Assembly (NCBI GenBank): GCA_008632985.1 | Contig: QPGO01000030.1 | Coordinates: 557,135 to 621,134 of the forward strand | DNA: 64,000 bases | Source of the DNA: Psammoneis japonica | Lineage: Eukaryota | Direction: 5' to 3' | Shown here: positions 32,748 through 45,815 of the stretch, piece by piece | Numbering within the stretch: position 1 is the first letter of the stretch | How the letters are laid out: the number at the start of each line of letters is the position of its first letter | Translations under genes and position numbers: made by a program | Notes under the pieces: model-generated | Told to the model about the DNA's origin: nothing | Seen by the model: the letters and a program-made list of their open reading frames with translations, nothing else | Database searches by the model: none

Positions 32748-35700
32748 TCAACGAAACGAATTACGGAAGTCGTCCACTTTCTGCCTCATCTGGCTTAAAT
32801 CTGAGTTGACCCTTGCAGCGACGTTCTTTTGTCGATCCTGTAGCGCCTGGACATGCTCATTAACAATGGCTGAACCCGACACTCCAGCCGTCGCACCTTT
32901 AAGGGCGGTAGCCGGGTCTAGTCCTATTTTCTCCAGCATCACGGCCTGTTCTGTCCGCTTCATTCCTTTCAAGGTCATAACTGTTTGTAAATCTAACGCC
33001 GACCCTCCGACCCATTGAACCTTGAAGACATCGATCAGGAGGTCATGGGGTGTACCGACTAGTTTCAAGAGAGTTTCAATCCTTTTGAATTGCTTCGACA
33101 CCATTTTCGTGTACATGGCCGGGGCAATCGTCGAAGCCACTGAGCCCGACTTTTTGGATGGAGTACTACTCGATGTAGCTGGCGCCGCTGCTTCCATGAC
33201 AGGCAATCTGAGAAGCAAAGTCTTCAAGTTGTACACATCAAGGAGGAGCTGCTGTGTGCCTGGTTCGCTAATGCGTTTCAACCGAATAAGATTGTCATAG
33301 TAGGCGGAGGTGAATGCGGTTGCAAACTTATCACAGAAATTGCGAAAGTATGAAGAAGGAACAATTCCCCTGATCGCAACGACGAATGGCTCAATCTCGT
33401 TACTAATGGATCGGACATAGGTGCTCTCTTCTCCAACCATGTCAAAAGATGCCCAATTTATACTGGTCATCATCTTGAACCCACTTTCGAGTCTATTTTC
33501 TAACCCAGAAACCAGGACGCGTAGGCTCTTCGCCGTCACATCGTGAAAGCTTTCTTGTTGAGTTGTCATGTCAATCTTGGCCTTGTAGTCGCTGTCAATC
33601 GTATCACGGATCAGGTCCTCCAATGCTTCGACCGTGTCTGCGCAATACTCGCACGTACTAATGACGTGACAAATAGTCACTTCTCCTCCCTGGGGAATCT
33701 TATACGTGGCATTCGCTCCAGATGCTACGTCTTGCTTCGCAAAAGATGAACTTACTCCAGCAATGCTGATTCCACCAGTCGTAGGATTTGGAAGTTTGCT
33801 CGAAAGCACCGTCGCGTACTTCTCCAAGGAGTCTTGGAAAGCGCGGAATAGCAAGAAGAAGGCATTTCCTTTGGTAAGCGCAGTGCACCGAGTGATGCTG
33901 CCCTTGATGTACACAAAGAGGCTTGTAGACGAAGTAAACACGGGGAGGTCTCCACGCGTGTCCACGTCTGTGCTTGAACTGGACTCTACAAGTTGCTCGT
34001 CCATGCTCTGCTCCTCTAGGGCAATGTAAGGAGTCATGTAGTTGTCAAAAGAGGAAGATGCCAATCCCATTAATGGTTGAACAGGTGCATCTTTCTTCGG
34101 AGCTCTACTTTCATCGGCGGCAGTGCCTGAAGAGCCAGCAAGTCTTTCCTGTTGCTCCTTTTCTTGTCTCTTATACTTCATACGAATACCTTCTGAGCTG
34201 ACGGCATCGATAGCTCTCCCTGATTCGTCAAACTCTAGAACCTCTCCTTGGTCTCCCCGGACAGGGGTGGACGCGTCACTTACAGAAGGCTTTCCTTCTT
34301 CGCTCGAGTCAACAAAAAATATCGTACCGTGCTCACGTTGGAGCCAAACTGTCATTTCTTTCTCAAACAAGATGGTTTTCTGCAACGCTTTGAGTAAAAT
34401 GGTTGCATTCCCGCTATCAGAATCCTTGTACGGGCCATCGAGCAACGCCAAGATATGTGCTCCAGTCTAAAAAAAGGAAACGGAAGAGACGATTGTTTCA
34501 TGTGAAAAACTGAAAGACCAGGAGAAAAAGATTGATGGATTCACTATACCTCTTCTAGAAAATGACATGTGATGGTATACTGCAGATTCCAGTACTGCGG
34601 GAAAACCTTAGGGAACTTCTCTTCCACATCTCTCAAGACTCTTCGAAACCATGCAAACCTTCTTTCGATTTGGTCAAGAGCATACGCTGGCTTGTCGTGA
34701 GCGCTGTTCTCTACGGAAGAGTCGCTTCGCTTGAAACTATTCGCCTTGACCGCCTTTGGTTTGGAGGATGCCGGAGCAAAAAGAGCACTGTAGGCTCTCA
34801 AATGGTCCTCACAAAAGTCAGACACAAACTTTTTCCGTGTATCTATGCCTAATGCGTCTAACAACAACGTGGCATCAGACATCACCTCGGGTGACATGGC
34901 CGGTGGGACAGCTTCCGCTTCATCTGGTTTATCATGAGTCGGTTTAGGGAGGAGAGAGCCAATGTCGTCTGGGTCGCTTCGTTCTCCCTGTTTCGAAGTC
35001 TTGGTACCGTTATTTTCCATCTCAAGAGCCTTGGAAAAACCAAAGCCTACCACACGAAAGCCCCGTACCAAACCCTTTCGCAGTTCTAATTGGAGATCCT
35101 TCACCTTTTGCCCCATAAGACGCATAGGCTCAACCTTGTGAGTGTAGGCATCAAAATGCTTGAGAAGTAGATGAATCGCGTCAACCAAATGAGATGCTGC
35201 TTTGTAATCAGGAAATGGCTTGTTAAGACAGGCTAATCTCAGCTGCTCCACAGCATGAACTAGCATGTGCAGTCGCTTCAGCGTCGTGATGGTCCTCTGA
35301 AGGTGCCGTTTGGCGCAATCCAGTCGCTTCATCTCCTTTGTAATTTCGAGAACGGCTCGTTCGCTCTGTGATGCCTTGTCTTGGACCAATCTTATGCGCT
35401 TTTCGAGCGACGCAACTGACGCCTTTGCTTCCTGCACGTGCCGACGCGTTGAATCTGCGGTCTCCGATTGACGTTGAAGAGCATTGGAGATGCGTTCGTC
35501 CAACAATTCCATCCTATCAGAAACAGCCGTTCTCACAGAAGGAAGCTGAGTCACCAATGCAGACTCAGTCGTATAATGCCTATTAAGAAAGTCAATAGGA
35601 TCTAGTGATACAGAAGACGGGGCGACTGCGGTGTCGGCATCTTCTGAGGAAGCGGCGACATTGGCAGCCGCAGCAACTGCCGCAGCGGCGGTTTCTCGAC

Positions 35701-35818
35701 TTGAAGTATACGCATCCAGTGAATCCAACAAAGAATCGGAATTTAGAGAAGGAACTCCGGGGCCTGTACCCGTGACTGAGTGGGCTGACGCCGCTGCGGC
35801 ATCAGCCGGTGGCGCCAT
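32748..35818 (-). CDS. VPS53: GARP complex subunit Vps53; intron 34549-34467
   Basis: DPIDFLN, ITKEMKRLDCAKRHLQRTITTLKRLHMLV, LDQIERRFAWFRR, ALQKTILFEKE, YFRNFCDKF, QQLLLDVYNLK. Confidence 0.93.
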
Positions 35819-36069
35819 CGTCGGGGTCTTTGTCTTCTTTCGCTCGCTTGCCTGAGAACTGAGAACGCGCGGGAGCGCGCGAGCGAGGCGAGCTATGCGT
35901 TCTGCCTGCCCTACCTGTACGTACCTATGTCCACAGAAACGTCTGTGCGTGGGGCCGTGGAAAAAGATGCGTCAAAGCAAAATAACAAAACTCACAATGA
36001 TGAGTGAGCAATGACGTTCAGTTGCGGCTCGGCACCTCATCACATGATTTGGTATGAACACCGCTATCA

Positions 36070-37517
36070 ATGAAAACCCTTACGCGGCGCAATCGGTCGC
36101 CTTTAGTCGGGGAGAGAACGGATCAGGGTGAAATGAGACTCCCAAAGAAAAGAATGAGGTGGCCGTGTACTCGCACCGGAAGGTGGCCTCGGCATGTTAG
36201 ACGTCTCCTTATTTTCTTGTTCATTTTTGTTTTATGGACACGTTGGGTAGGATACGGCTTGAAAACGAATAGCGATATGAAATCAGTGACTATATCAATC
36301 GGAAACACTGCAGCGTTAAAGATGGATTTCGTTCGAAACGCCGGTGGTGGCGACGACAACGAGATTGACGTCACCTTGGGTCCGCACAGCGTCTCGCTAA
36401 CTGTGAACCCTAGATGCAAGTCCCCTAGAATTATGCTACGCCTGGTGGGTGAAGCACTTGTAGCTATACCTCTGCGTCGCGATAGCTCTGGTTACGGTTA
36501 CTACAGCGCGAAGTTTGCAATTCCTCTCGAAGGAAGATACGCCAACGATGCACATTGGTATGGTTGCGATGAGGCAGCAGCTCACGAGTTCTTTTCAAAC
36601 ACATCTCAACCACTTGAATTGATAGCGAGAAATGTGTCCATTGATCCAAATAACGAGAAAGTCGTCTCTGTCCCCGCTGTTTGGATAAATTCCAACAAGT
36701 TGAAGGCTGACGGTGGAGGTGATTCGGCCACTCCATTTGTTTGGATGTCAACTAAATCTTCAACGAACTCGGGATCAAACACTATCCTCACTGCAACCTC
36801 TTCATTCGGAAATTCTCTTGTAGTAAAAGAGACCACCCCAGTACCCCAAAGCTTTGCTGACCTTAGCAACTACGAAATTGTCTGCTTTATGGGTAGCGAA
36901 TCTGCCGCCGCCATTCGGGAAGCCTTCCTCTCGCTTCGTCCGCACATCGCAGCGCACCAACGCCCTTTTAAGTTTCACTACAAAAACGTTACTGATCTAA
37001 GCGACCCAGATAAGCACTGGTCCAACGAGGAAGCAGAACGATTCAGGAAATGCAAAATCGTTGTTGTTTCTCTCGATCAACTCGAGACGCCACTGTCGCA
37101 GAGCCAATACAAAACTCAAGTCAGGACGTTTTTGGGCCACTTTTAAATGACACCACCTTTCCAATTTGGGTGGCGACGGTCAACACTGACGCCAAGCCAT
37201 CTAGTTCCATGTGTCATTCACCAGAAGAATCACCGCTAACGGGAAATCACCCGTGCAATGAGGCGCTGAGGCAAATCTTTCGCGACGATAACTTGCCGGA
37301 TCACGTGCACCTCATGGACAATACTGATCTGAGCGACCCAATGGCCGGGGAGCACATCAAAGACGTTGTTGCGGTCATTGCGCTTCGCGTTTTCGCGATT
37401 GTCGGGAATCAGGTGGAGGAATGGAGGAAAAATCATCAAAAGGGAGTCGTAAATGGACTCCAGCGGGGAGATAAGCTCGAACCAAACAAGAAGCTTGTAA
37501 GATACGAGTGGAAGTAG
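36070..37517 (+). CDS. Type II membrane protein of unknown function (apparent 1-bp frameshift ~37140)
   Basis: Basic N-terminus, single TM, long luminal region; ORF 36070-37146 continues in the next frame as LLNDTTFPIW..YEWK*. Confidence 0.6.
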
Positions 37518-37847
37518 ACTAGGTAGACGAATGTATTTGCATTGCCGATTGTTGAAAAAGAGCAAAAGCTGCGGAGCTACAGCAAAGCACGGTAAAAAAA
37601 GAATCGTCGAGTTCGTCCCAATGACGAGCTTCGGAAGAGCCGAAAGAGACTAAGCTGGTTGTGGTTTCAAAATCTACATCATAGTTATATTCTCTAACAT
37701 CATTTATTCAGATTAGCATTCTATGTGTTTCTCGATCACAAACGCTCCAAGCAAATCAAAACGATGAAGGATTTCGCCGTGTTGTCGTTGAGGGAATCTT
37801 GGTTGTTTTCAAAAGAACCAAGGGGTGGGACCTCAACTAGGCGATGC

Positions 37848-40800
37848 TTAGGGTAATAATGAATCGCTCCCAAAAAGAGTCTTTCGCCTTTCTTGAAGTG
37901 AAAGGCTTTGTAGCGGTGTGAACTTATTCAGTTCCACAAGGCCAGTGATGAAGTCTGAAGCTGACGTGGATTTTTCCAAAAGCACCATATCAGCTTTTTC
38001 ATCTGTATTTCCTGCACGCAGGATAGTTTCGACTGAGGGCGACGCGAGTAACTTGGCATGGAGAAGCTTGTAAAACTCTTCCGAATCGTCCAAGATAACG
38101 TTCGCCGCCGAGTCAGGTTGTTTCTGTTTGTAAATTTCGGTTTTCAGGGCCTCGATCACCCCTGTTCGCCGAATGATTGCAGCGATGTAAAGGTGGGCAT
38201 CTCTACTCATTTCTTCCACAACTTTCTGCTTCGCACGAGCAAGTACAACTCTTGCAGTGTCCGTTGGACTCTTGCGACAATGAAACCAAAGTAGCCCGTA
38301 ATTTGGATCTGCATTTGCGCAGCGAAGCTCCACCTCTGACAAATCTATTGTTTCGAGGCAGGTGTTTACACCCAGCAACTCTCGACACGAGGCGATAAGG
38401 TTCGGATCAATGATTGGTGTTTCCGAAGAAGTGTCGGTTGCCGAGCCCTGTGAACTTTCTTTCCTCCGTTCGTCTAGAGTTGCAGCCATCACTGCAATCC
38501 GCACGCATTTTTCCACGAAGATTATGATGTCGTCCGCTCCCATCTCATCGAAAGGTTTCTGAGCTATCGCGGATCCCCTCAGAGCTTTCCAAAGCTTCGC
38601 AGCAACTGGCGTGATCCATTTTTCAATCAACTCGAGTCGCAAGGTTTCCAAGAAGCTGTCGCCATACTGGGGAGTAAACTTGGTGGCGAAGAGAAGGTGC
38701 TGGCGAGCCTTATCGACGTTGAACACACGGGAAAAGGGGTTTAGGTGAATGCGTGCACCTTCGCACCACACTTCGCCGCTCTTTGGAACAGCTTTGAGAG
38801 CACTACGGAGCGACGAGATCTGGATTTCTTCTCCATCAACATGCCGGAGTTGTACAAGAGCGGCCCACAAACGGCCAGTGCCAGAGTGGATTTCCAGCGC
38901 ATGACGTGCCAGCTCCGCGGCACGACGATTTTCTCCGCTGCGAATCTCTATGAGTACGCTCTCCAGCCAGACTTTCCAGTCCGATCCACCTTCAGCACGA
39001 GTTTTCAACAAAATGGATCTAGCAACATCAGCGTTGTCGACAAATTCTTCCAATCGAGAACATTCCAAGAGTGCCGAAGTGCGGCCTTTATCAGGGACGA
39101 CTTCGTTGGCACGAAGGAAAAGCCTCCTTGCCGCCTCCGTGTTTCCAGCGGCGAGCTCCATTCGTCCACCGGCGAGCCACACTTTCCAGCACAGGTTTGG
39201 CGGGCAAGTAAGAACTGTTTTCGCGAACCTCTGCCGCGACAGAGCAAGAGCGTCTGAAAGCTTGGTCGTCGGATTCTCGTTCACCACTCGAATGGCGGCT
39301 CGCTCGAGTATTTGCGCGGCGTCCAGATGAACCTTCCACACGAGTTCCCGACTTATTGAATCGATGGCGCGGTCAAACATGCTCAAAGTGCGAGGTAGCT
39401 GGTACAGCTTCTCTGACATATCGAGAGTTTCGCAAAGTCTGAAAGCCCCGAACCACAGAGGACCATAGCGCGGGATCGCTTTCAAGCCACGCTCAACGAT
39501 TTGAAGCGCCTCGCTTGGTCTTCCTAGATCTCGCTCGAGTCGGTACGCCTCGAGGTAAAGAGGGCCATACCATGGGACGTGATGCATCAGATACTTCAGA
39601 ACCCTTCGAGCCATGACATCATTACCGGCTCTTGCTTCTAGTAGGGCGCCCTCCAGCACAGTACGCCATACCTTCTCGATATTAACATGCTTCAGTCTCG
39701 CCAGCAACTGTCGGGCGCTGTCGAGATTTCCAATCTTCTCTTCATGCTTAATCGCACGGGTGAAAAGACTTTCACTGAACTCACAGTGTTCGAGTCCGCT
39801 GTGAAGGATTTTCGTGCATCTATTCAAATGTCCGCATTCTTCTTCAAGCTTGCTGTACTCCAACCATCCCTGGCTTGCGTACGGCTGCAACTCACACACC
39901 TGCTTGTAAAGTTTTCGCGCTTCATCAAACTTGTTCGCCCTCTTGGCCAAGTCAGCAAGTTCCAGGTACACCCGCCATCGCACGTTCTCAGGGAGAGTAT
40001 CGCCCTTTAGAATCTCGACGGCGAACTCTTCTGCCTCTTGGAAAGATGCGCGCTCTTTGGTGCGGAAAGTTCGATAAAATGTTTTGAACGCGGAACGAGT
40101 TTCAGGGCTTTCAACGAGCTCAGCTCGTTTCAGATCGGCTGGATCGTCCAAAGTAGGAGTCTCCCTGTCGACATCAACTGGGAAATCCTCCTTTTTCGAT
40201 CCGATTGACTGACTCCTTTGCCTCGAGCCTCCTTCGGTGTCTGGGACAGGGCTTTTTGTCGATTTCTTCTTCTTTGGACTCGAAGGTGCATTTTTCTTAC
40301 GACCATCGGAAGATCTTTGCTTGTCGTCTCCGGAGGTGTTCTTTTTGCCTTTGCCTTGCCCTTTCGGCTTTGATACCCAATCTGACTGCCGTTGCCGCCT
40401 CTGGGAAGACTTTCGTTGCTGCACTTCCTTCTTTGATTGGACAGCGGTGTCATGATCCCAGCTAGACATGCGGCCTCGTGATGGAAGCGGAATCGTTTCA
40501 GGGGAGAGAGCGTCCACGGATCTTACTCTCGGCCGCTGCAAATCAACGTCTGGTGTTTCGCCCATAACAACCATGTTGTGCGCATAGCTGGGAGGAAATG
40601 GCTCCATGGTGGGAGACAGCATACGGTGCTGATTCTCCATTCCCATTGGAGCCATGCCGTACATACCATAGTCACCGTGCGGGCAGCTCCAACCAGGTGA
40701 GATCCATCCCGGGTTTCTATGGGCTGGTAACGCACCGGCATCATAGGGCATTGGCATCACATGGCCCCATTGTGGTGGTGGAGGGTATTGCTGCGATGGC

Positions 40801-42521
40801 GGCTGGTTCTGCATATTGTACATATACTCCTGTCCGTATGAGTGGCTAACAGGTGGATTCATCTGGAATGGGCTGATCGACGGTGTACCCAGTGAAGAGT
40901 TTGGCGACATTGCCGTACTCTGCGGGACAAAGCCGTGACCGGGAAACTCCATTCCAGGAGCATGTGCCTGAAAAGTGAAACCTGAAGCTGGGCCTTGAGA
41001 AGGATCCATCGGTCCGGCGTAGGGATTTGGGATAAAAGCCTGTGGATTTGCTGGCAATGGAGGCACCCTCTGTACACCGGCAAACTGAGGCTGATGAACT
41101 GTCAAAGGAACAAAATGTTGAGCCCCTTGATATTCGCTTGTCCCGTGAGCGTCAGCGCTATGACTAGGAGCAGGGGCATCTTGAGGAGGTTGCGACGCCG
41201 CAGCTACCGACGCTTCGAAACCTGGTCCACGGGGGGCTGAAGCTACAGGACGCTTGAAGATCTTCAGGTTGGCTTGTGAAGGAGGCACGAAAGCACCACC
41301 AAAGTTGAGAGGGGTCGGGGAAGCCCGTTCTTCGTCATCACCCGCAAAGATATTCTTTTCTCCTGTCGACGGTGGCTGAAAGAGTGAAGTCTCGCTGAAA
41401 CTATTGTTGTCCCCAGAAGCCTGTGCCTGGGGAATCTGTTTCTGCTCATGAACAGAGAAGAGAGCGGTACTTTCTCCCTGACCACCTGAGAATCCCTTGT
41501 TGCCTCGTTGGTTCCTTCCTCGTCTGCTTCTTGAGCTCCTCTTCGAAGCCGTTGATCTTCCCACTTCGTTATCGATACTGAACGAGTGGGCCCAACTTTC
41601 ACTCGATACCTTTGACTGGAACACACCAGGTGAAGCCGAAGTTGAGCTTTCCTCGTCATCGAGAAGGAGGTTGTCTAGTGTCTCCGTCAATCTAATTGTA
41701 TTCGGAGAAAAGGCCCCTCTAGATAGCTCCAAATCCGGATTCTTTGACAACGTCATACCAGCCGAAGTGTATGAAAAAACATCACTTCCCTGCCCCCCTG
41801 CGCTTGCATCCCCAGGCGTCTCGTCGTGGTCCTTCGAAGCCGCTCTCTCTTCCATCAATACAGCAGAAACAGATGACGAAGAGGCCGACGACTCATCGTC
41901 AGCCCGTTTACCGGCAGCAGCTCGCCCCTCGGCGGTAATTGGCGTTGACAGAGTTAATCCAAATCCCAGTATCCCGTCGCTCGTTCCCTTTGACGCAGCA
42001 GGTTTGGCTAGGGCTGAAGCAACAGCAGATCGATGCATTGAGCTCGCCCCAGGAGTGCGTCTATGTGCAGCTGAACGTTCAAAAGTAGATGCGTACATGC
42101 TCGCCCCGGGCGTTCGTCGCAACAGTGAAGAGCTGTCCTTTTCTGCAAGACCGGCATTCATCCGCATAAGCCTTTGCTGCTCCAGTGATACCATTTCTGC
42201 CTCTTCCTCCTCGTCCAACTCATCAACTAGTGTCGGCGTACTGACGTCAACATAGCGGAGACGATCCTTGTTTGATGCTCGCGATGGCGTCTCGTGTCCT
42301 TCGCCTGCGGTTCTGTCTGCCTCAGAGGTAAAGGAGGGCAGCTCGGAGAAGCTGTCATCATTTCCCGCCATGGTTTTGTCCTGTGATGGCTCGGTACCGC
42401 GGGACACGTCGACGTCAGTAGCTTCACTACTAATTCTACTGCCTCTCCGACTGTCCGCCGCCATTGCGGATGTTTTCCCAAGTTCTTTAGCACCAGGACT
42501 ACCAAACAGTTGGTGGTCCAT
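37848..42521 (-). CDS. Large HAT/TPR-repeat protein (Prp6-like repeats) with disordered N-terminal half
   Basis: Repeats such as GWLEYSKLEE, VWRTVLEGALLE, YGPLWFGAFRL, VWLAGGRME, GRLWAALVQL, VPKSGEVW, ADPNYGLLW. Confidence 0.85.
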   Translation of the reverse strand: MDHQLFGSPGAKELGKTSAMAADSRRGSRISSEATDVDVSRGTEPSQDKTMAGNDDSFSELPSFTSEADRTAGEGHETPSRASNKDRLRYVDVSTPTLVDELDEEEEAEMVSLEQQRLMRMNAGLAEKDSSSLLRRTPGASMYASTFERSAAHRRTPGASSMHRSAVASALAKPAASKGTSDGILGFGLTLSTPITAEGRAAAGKRADDESSASSSSVSAVLMEERAASKDHDETPGDASAGGQGSDVFSYTSAGMTLSKNPDLELSRGAFSPNTIRLTETLDNLLLDDEESSTSASPGVFQSKVSSESWAHSFSIDNEVGRSTASKRSSRSRRGRNQRGNKGFSGGQGESTALFSVHEQKQIPQAQASGDNNSFSETSLFQPPSTGEKNIFAGDDEERASPTPLNFGGAFVPPSQANLKIFKRPVASAPRGPGFEASVAAASQPPQDAPAPSHSADAHGTSEYQGAQHFVPLTVHQPQFAGVQRVPPLPANPQAFIPNPYAGPMDPSQGPASGFTFQAHAPGMEFPGHGFVPQSTAMSPNSSLGTPSISPFQMNPPVSHSYGQEYMYNMQNQPPSQQYPPPPQWGHVMPMPYDAGALPAHRNPGWISPGWSCPHGDYGMYGMAPMGMENQHRMLSPTMEPFPPSYAHNMVVMGETPDVDLQRPRVRSVDALSPETIPLPSRGRMSSWDHDTAVQSKKEVQQRKSSQRRQRQSDWVSKPKGQGKGKKNTSGDDKQRSSDGRKKNAPSSPKKKKSTKSPVPDTEGGSRQRSQSIGSKKEDFPVDVDRETPTLDDPADLKRAELVESPETRSAFKTFYRTFRTKERASFQEAEEFAVEILKGDTLPENVRWRVYLELADLAKRANKFDEARKLYKQVCELQPYASQGWLEYSKLEEECGHLNRCTKILHSGLEHCEFSESLFTRAIKHEEKIGNLDSARQLLARLKHVNIEKVWRTVLEGALLEARAGNDVMARRVLKYLMHHVPWYGPLYLEAYRLERDLGRPSEALQIVERGLKAIPRYGPLWFGAFRLCETLDMSEKLYQLPRTLSMFDRAIDSISRELVWKVHLDAAQILERAAIRVVNENPTTKLSDALALSRQRFAKTVLTCPPNLCWKVWLAGGRMELAAGNTEAARRLFLRANEVVPDKGRTSALLECSRLEEFVDNADVARSILLKTRAEGGSDWKVWLESVLIEIRSGENRRAAELARHALEIHSGTGRLWAALVQLRHVDGEEIQISSLRSALKAVPKSGEVWCEGARIHLNPFSRVFNVDKARQHLLFATKFTPQYGDSFLETLRLELIEKWITPVAAKLWKALRGSAIAQKPFDEMGADDIIIFVEKCVRIAVMAATLDERRKESSQGSATDTSSETPIIDPNLIASCRELLGVNTCLETIDLSEVELRCANADPNYGLLWFHCRKSPTDTARVVLARAKQKVVEEMSRDAHLYIAAIIRRTGVIEALKTEIYKQKQPDSAANVILDDSEEFYKLLHAKLLASPSVETILRAGNTDEKADMVLLEKSTSASDFITGLVELNKFTPLQSLSLQERRKTLFGSDSLLP

Positions 42522-43380
42522 GGTGGGACTACCAATGGCGAATAAAACCCTCTTATCACCGACAGGTCGATTCGCTCAATGGCTTTCAAAGACACAACCT
42601 CAGTTTCGTCGTCGCCTGCAATGGAGGACACCCTCCGGCGGCATGTGTTCCCCCGGCGTTGCGCCGCACCTCAACAAAACCCAAGCAGCTGAGGGCATGC
42701 TCCGCAAATTCGTGGAATTCGTACAATTTACGTACAAATGTCACGTAGATAGACCGCATGTTGTGATCTGTGAGACATGCCCGCGACATCAATTGAAATT
42801 TTCTATTCAATTGCGATAAACTTTCAATACATAAATGGTAATCATTACTAAATGAATAATCGTAATCACTACAGAGACAACCTTCAATCTTTCCATCCGA
42901 CACAAGCGCGCCAAAACTTGCGATTATAATTTTTAACAATTGATGTAAATGATAAAAACATAGAAATATTGATCGGAGTGTGCTGTATTATTTATGTTCT
43001 GCTGGAAGAATAGTTATCCAACGCTTAAGCTGACTATTATCTAATTAACTAACTGTTGATGTATACAATCAATACATAATGAGTCCCGTAAAAGAAGGAA
43101 AGAGCCACTCCGAATGACTGTCGTCTGTCATGTATACGTCTTCATATCGCCGTCGTTCGTTCGTCCGTCGCGCGGGTGGTCACCAACCAGTCGTCGTCAG
43201 CTAGGGCCCTATAGCTGAACTTGCGGGAGCAGGAAGATTTCAGAAGATTGATGAGTGAACCAGAACTGAACAGGAGACAAGAACAAAGAAGTACAGCAAA
43301 CAAACAACAAGCCTACGCCGCCTTCACAAGATCAGGAAAGAGCGCTGAGTGAGGAGACGAACCAAGTCAGTTATCGCATC

Positions 43381-45671
43381 ATGGCGTTGCTGGATCCAGA
43401 TCTGACGTTTGCTAGTTTGGCAGATTCAGTAGGACTTGATGTTCGATTACGCAAATCTGTATCGAGGTTGGGGCACGTCCGTCCAACTCTTGTGCAGTCC
43501 AAGTGTCTTCCCCTGGCCATCTCGTCGGGACGCGACTTGCTTGTTCGTGCCCGAACCGGCACAGGCAAGACCTTGGCTTATTGTTTGCCTCTTTTGAACA
43601 AAATCTTGCAAGATACTAACACCCAATCGAGGTCGTCGGAACAATTCGTCCGTGCTATTGTGCTTGTACCGACTAGAGAACTCTGCAATCAGGTGTTCAG
43701 AACTTTGGAGGGCTTGACTTATTACTGCAACGAAGTCGTTGCCCTGGCAGTCTTGTCCGGTGGTGGTCGGGGGCAAAGTGAAAAAGTGCAGGAAGATATT
43801 GCAAGACAAGAAGCCTTTCTGCGCGATCGACCTGATGTAATTGTCGCAACACCTGCAGGGTTACTTTCGCATATTAGGAGCGGAGTGCTGAATCTAAAGT
43901 CATCGGTGGAGACTCTGGTTGTCGACGAGGCTGATCTTGTACTTTCTTTCGGTATGCATCCTCCTCTTTCATGCTGTAGGGCCTATGTTGTTCATTAATA
44001 CGTCGACTGACCATCGCTTATTCAATCTCTCTTGTTCACGTCAATTGATATAAAGGCTATGCGGACGATATTGCTGAAATTATGAAGTCGCTCCCAAAGA
44101 TCTGTCAGGGCTTCCTAATGTCAGCTACATTATCACCAGAACTGAACTCTCTGAAAAAAGTGGTCCTGCATTCTCCCGCCGTACTGAAACTTGAGGAGGA
44201 GGAGACAGACGTAAATCGTAAGGATGGGCAGCTTTCGCAGTTCTATTTACAGCTACCAAAGAAGGATAAGAACTTGGTTCTTTACGTCTTTTTAAAGGTG
44301 TGTATCTGAAGTCGCCGTATCGTTTGAAATGAAGAGTGGCCCCGTTAATTCTTTACCTGATCCCTTTTCGTCATGTACTCAGCTTGGACTTCTCAGAGGC
44401 AAGGGTTTGTTCTTTGTCAACTCTACTGATGCTGGCTACCGTCTCAAGCTCTTTCTTGAACAGTTTCATATACGATCAGCGGTATTGAACGCAGAATTAC
44501 CATTTCACAGTCGATTGAATATTCAAGAACAGTTCAATGTTGGGAATTTCGACTATTTGATTGCCACGGATGAGAGTGCTGATGTGGGTAGATCCTCGGA
44601 GGAACTTGACGATCAGGAAGGGAAGAAAAAGAGGAGGAAGAAGGACTCAGAATATGGTGTTTCGAGAGGTCTTGATTTTCGGAACGTCTCGTTTGTTGTT
44701 AACGTCGATTTTCCTTCGACTATTTCGTCTTACACCCATCGAATAGGACGTACGGCCCGTGGAGGTGCAAAAGGTGTCGCACTTAGTTTGATCGAAGCTG
44801 AATCCTATGATCAGAACGAGCTACTCAAGAAGGTGCAGGAAGATCAACCATCTATCGCTCTCTCTTCTGTTAGCAATGATACCTTGCACGCTCAAACTAT
44901 GACGGAGGATGCCGTTTCTGCTGCGCCACAACCTGACCGTCAGCCTCAGCCGTCACCGTTGGACTTTGATCTTCGCGAAATAGAGGGATTTCGCTATCGC
45001 GTAGAGGACGTTTCGAGAGCAGTCACCCGAGTAGCTGTGCGAGAGACCCGTGCTGCGGAGCTTCGCGCCGAAGTGTTAAACTCAGACCGATTGCAAAGCC
45101 ATTTTGAAGAAAACCCAGAAGATCTGCAGATTTTACAGCACGACCGAGTTGCGACACATGTGGCAAAGATCCAAGACCACCTAAAGTGAGTAGACGTATG
45201 AGCAGGTTGTGAATCAACGAAATACCGGCTTGGGCAGCTGTGCTAAACCTTATGTGCTTCTCCTTTCACCTACCTGTGCATAGGCACGTTCCAAAATACA
45301 TGCTACCTCGTGGCATGCAAGTTGCAGAATTAAATCGGAAAAGAAAAAAGCGGCGCGTGCGCAAACATGGGGCTTTAGGTCAGCGTCGAACAGACAACGA
45401 CCCACTCCAATCATATGGTGGTGTCGATGCTAATCTTGACGGTGTCGAAGGAACAGGTGACGAATTTTCTGAGTTCTTTCACGACGACAGTAGCGATGCC
45501 AACAAAGGACGAGACAGCGATAAGGAAAAGGAGAGCAAGGTGTTCGTCAATACTGCTGATGGAACTGGTAGTAGTACCGCGGGCCGAAACGCGTGGAAGG
45601 AAAAGCACAAGAAGGGGAAGTTTAGTAGAAAGAAACGTAAAAGAGATCGCGGAGAGACGCTTGGCTTGTAG
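43381..45671 (+). CDS. DDX56: DEAD-box RNA helicase DDX56/Dbp9; 4 exons
   Basis: PTLVQSK, ARTGTGKT, PTREL, DEADLVLSFG|Y, LMSAT, YRLKLFLEQF, LNAELP, EYGVSRGLDF, HRIGRTARG, EGFRYR; introns near 43952, 44298, 45187. Confidence 0.95.
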
Positions 45672-45815
45672 ATGTGTGGTACTGATAGAGAACTGGGCCA
45701 TGGTATCCTTCCTTCGAACGCTTTTAACTAGTCCTTAGAACACTACTTTGCTCGTCTCACCATTCACTGTATGCACGATGCACCTTCTGCTGTCCGCTCT
45801 GTTGACAACGCCAGT

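Noticed and set aside
42810..43090. AT-rich patch (also ~21870-22110 and ~24900-25260) as a possible centromere
   Set aside because: Only a few hundred bp and in normal intergenic positions; no supporting structure.
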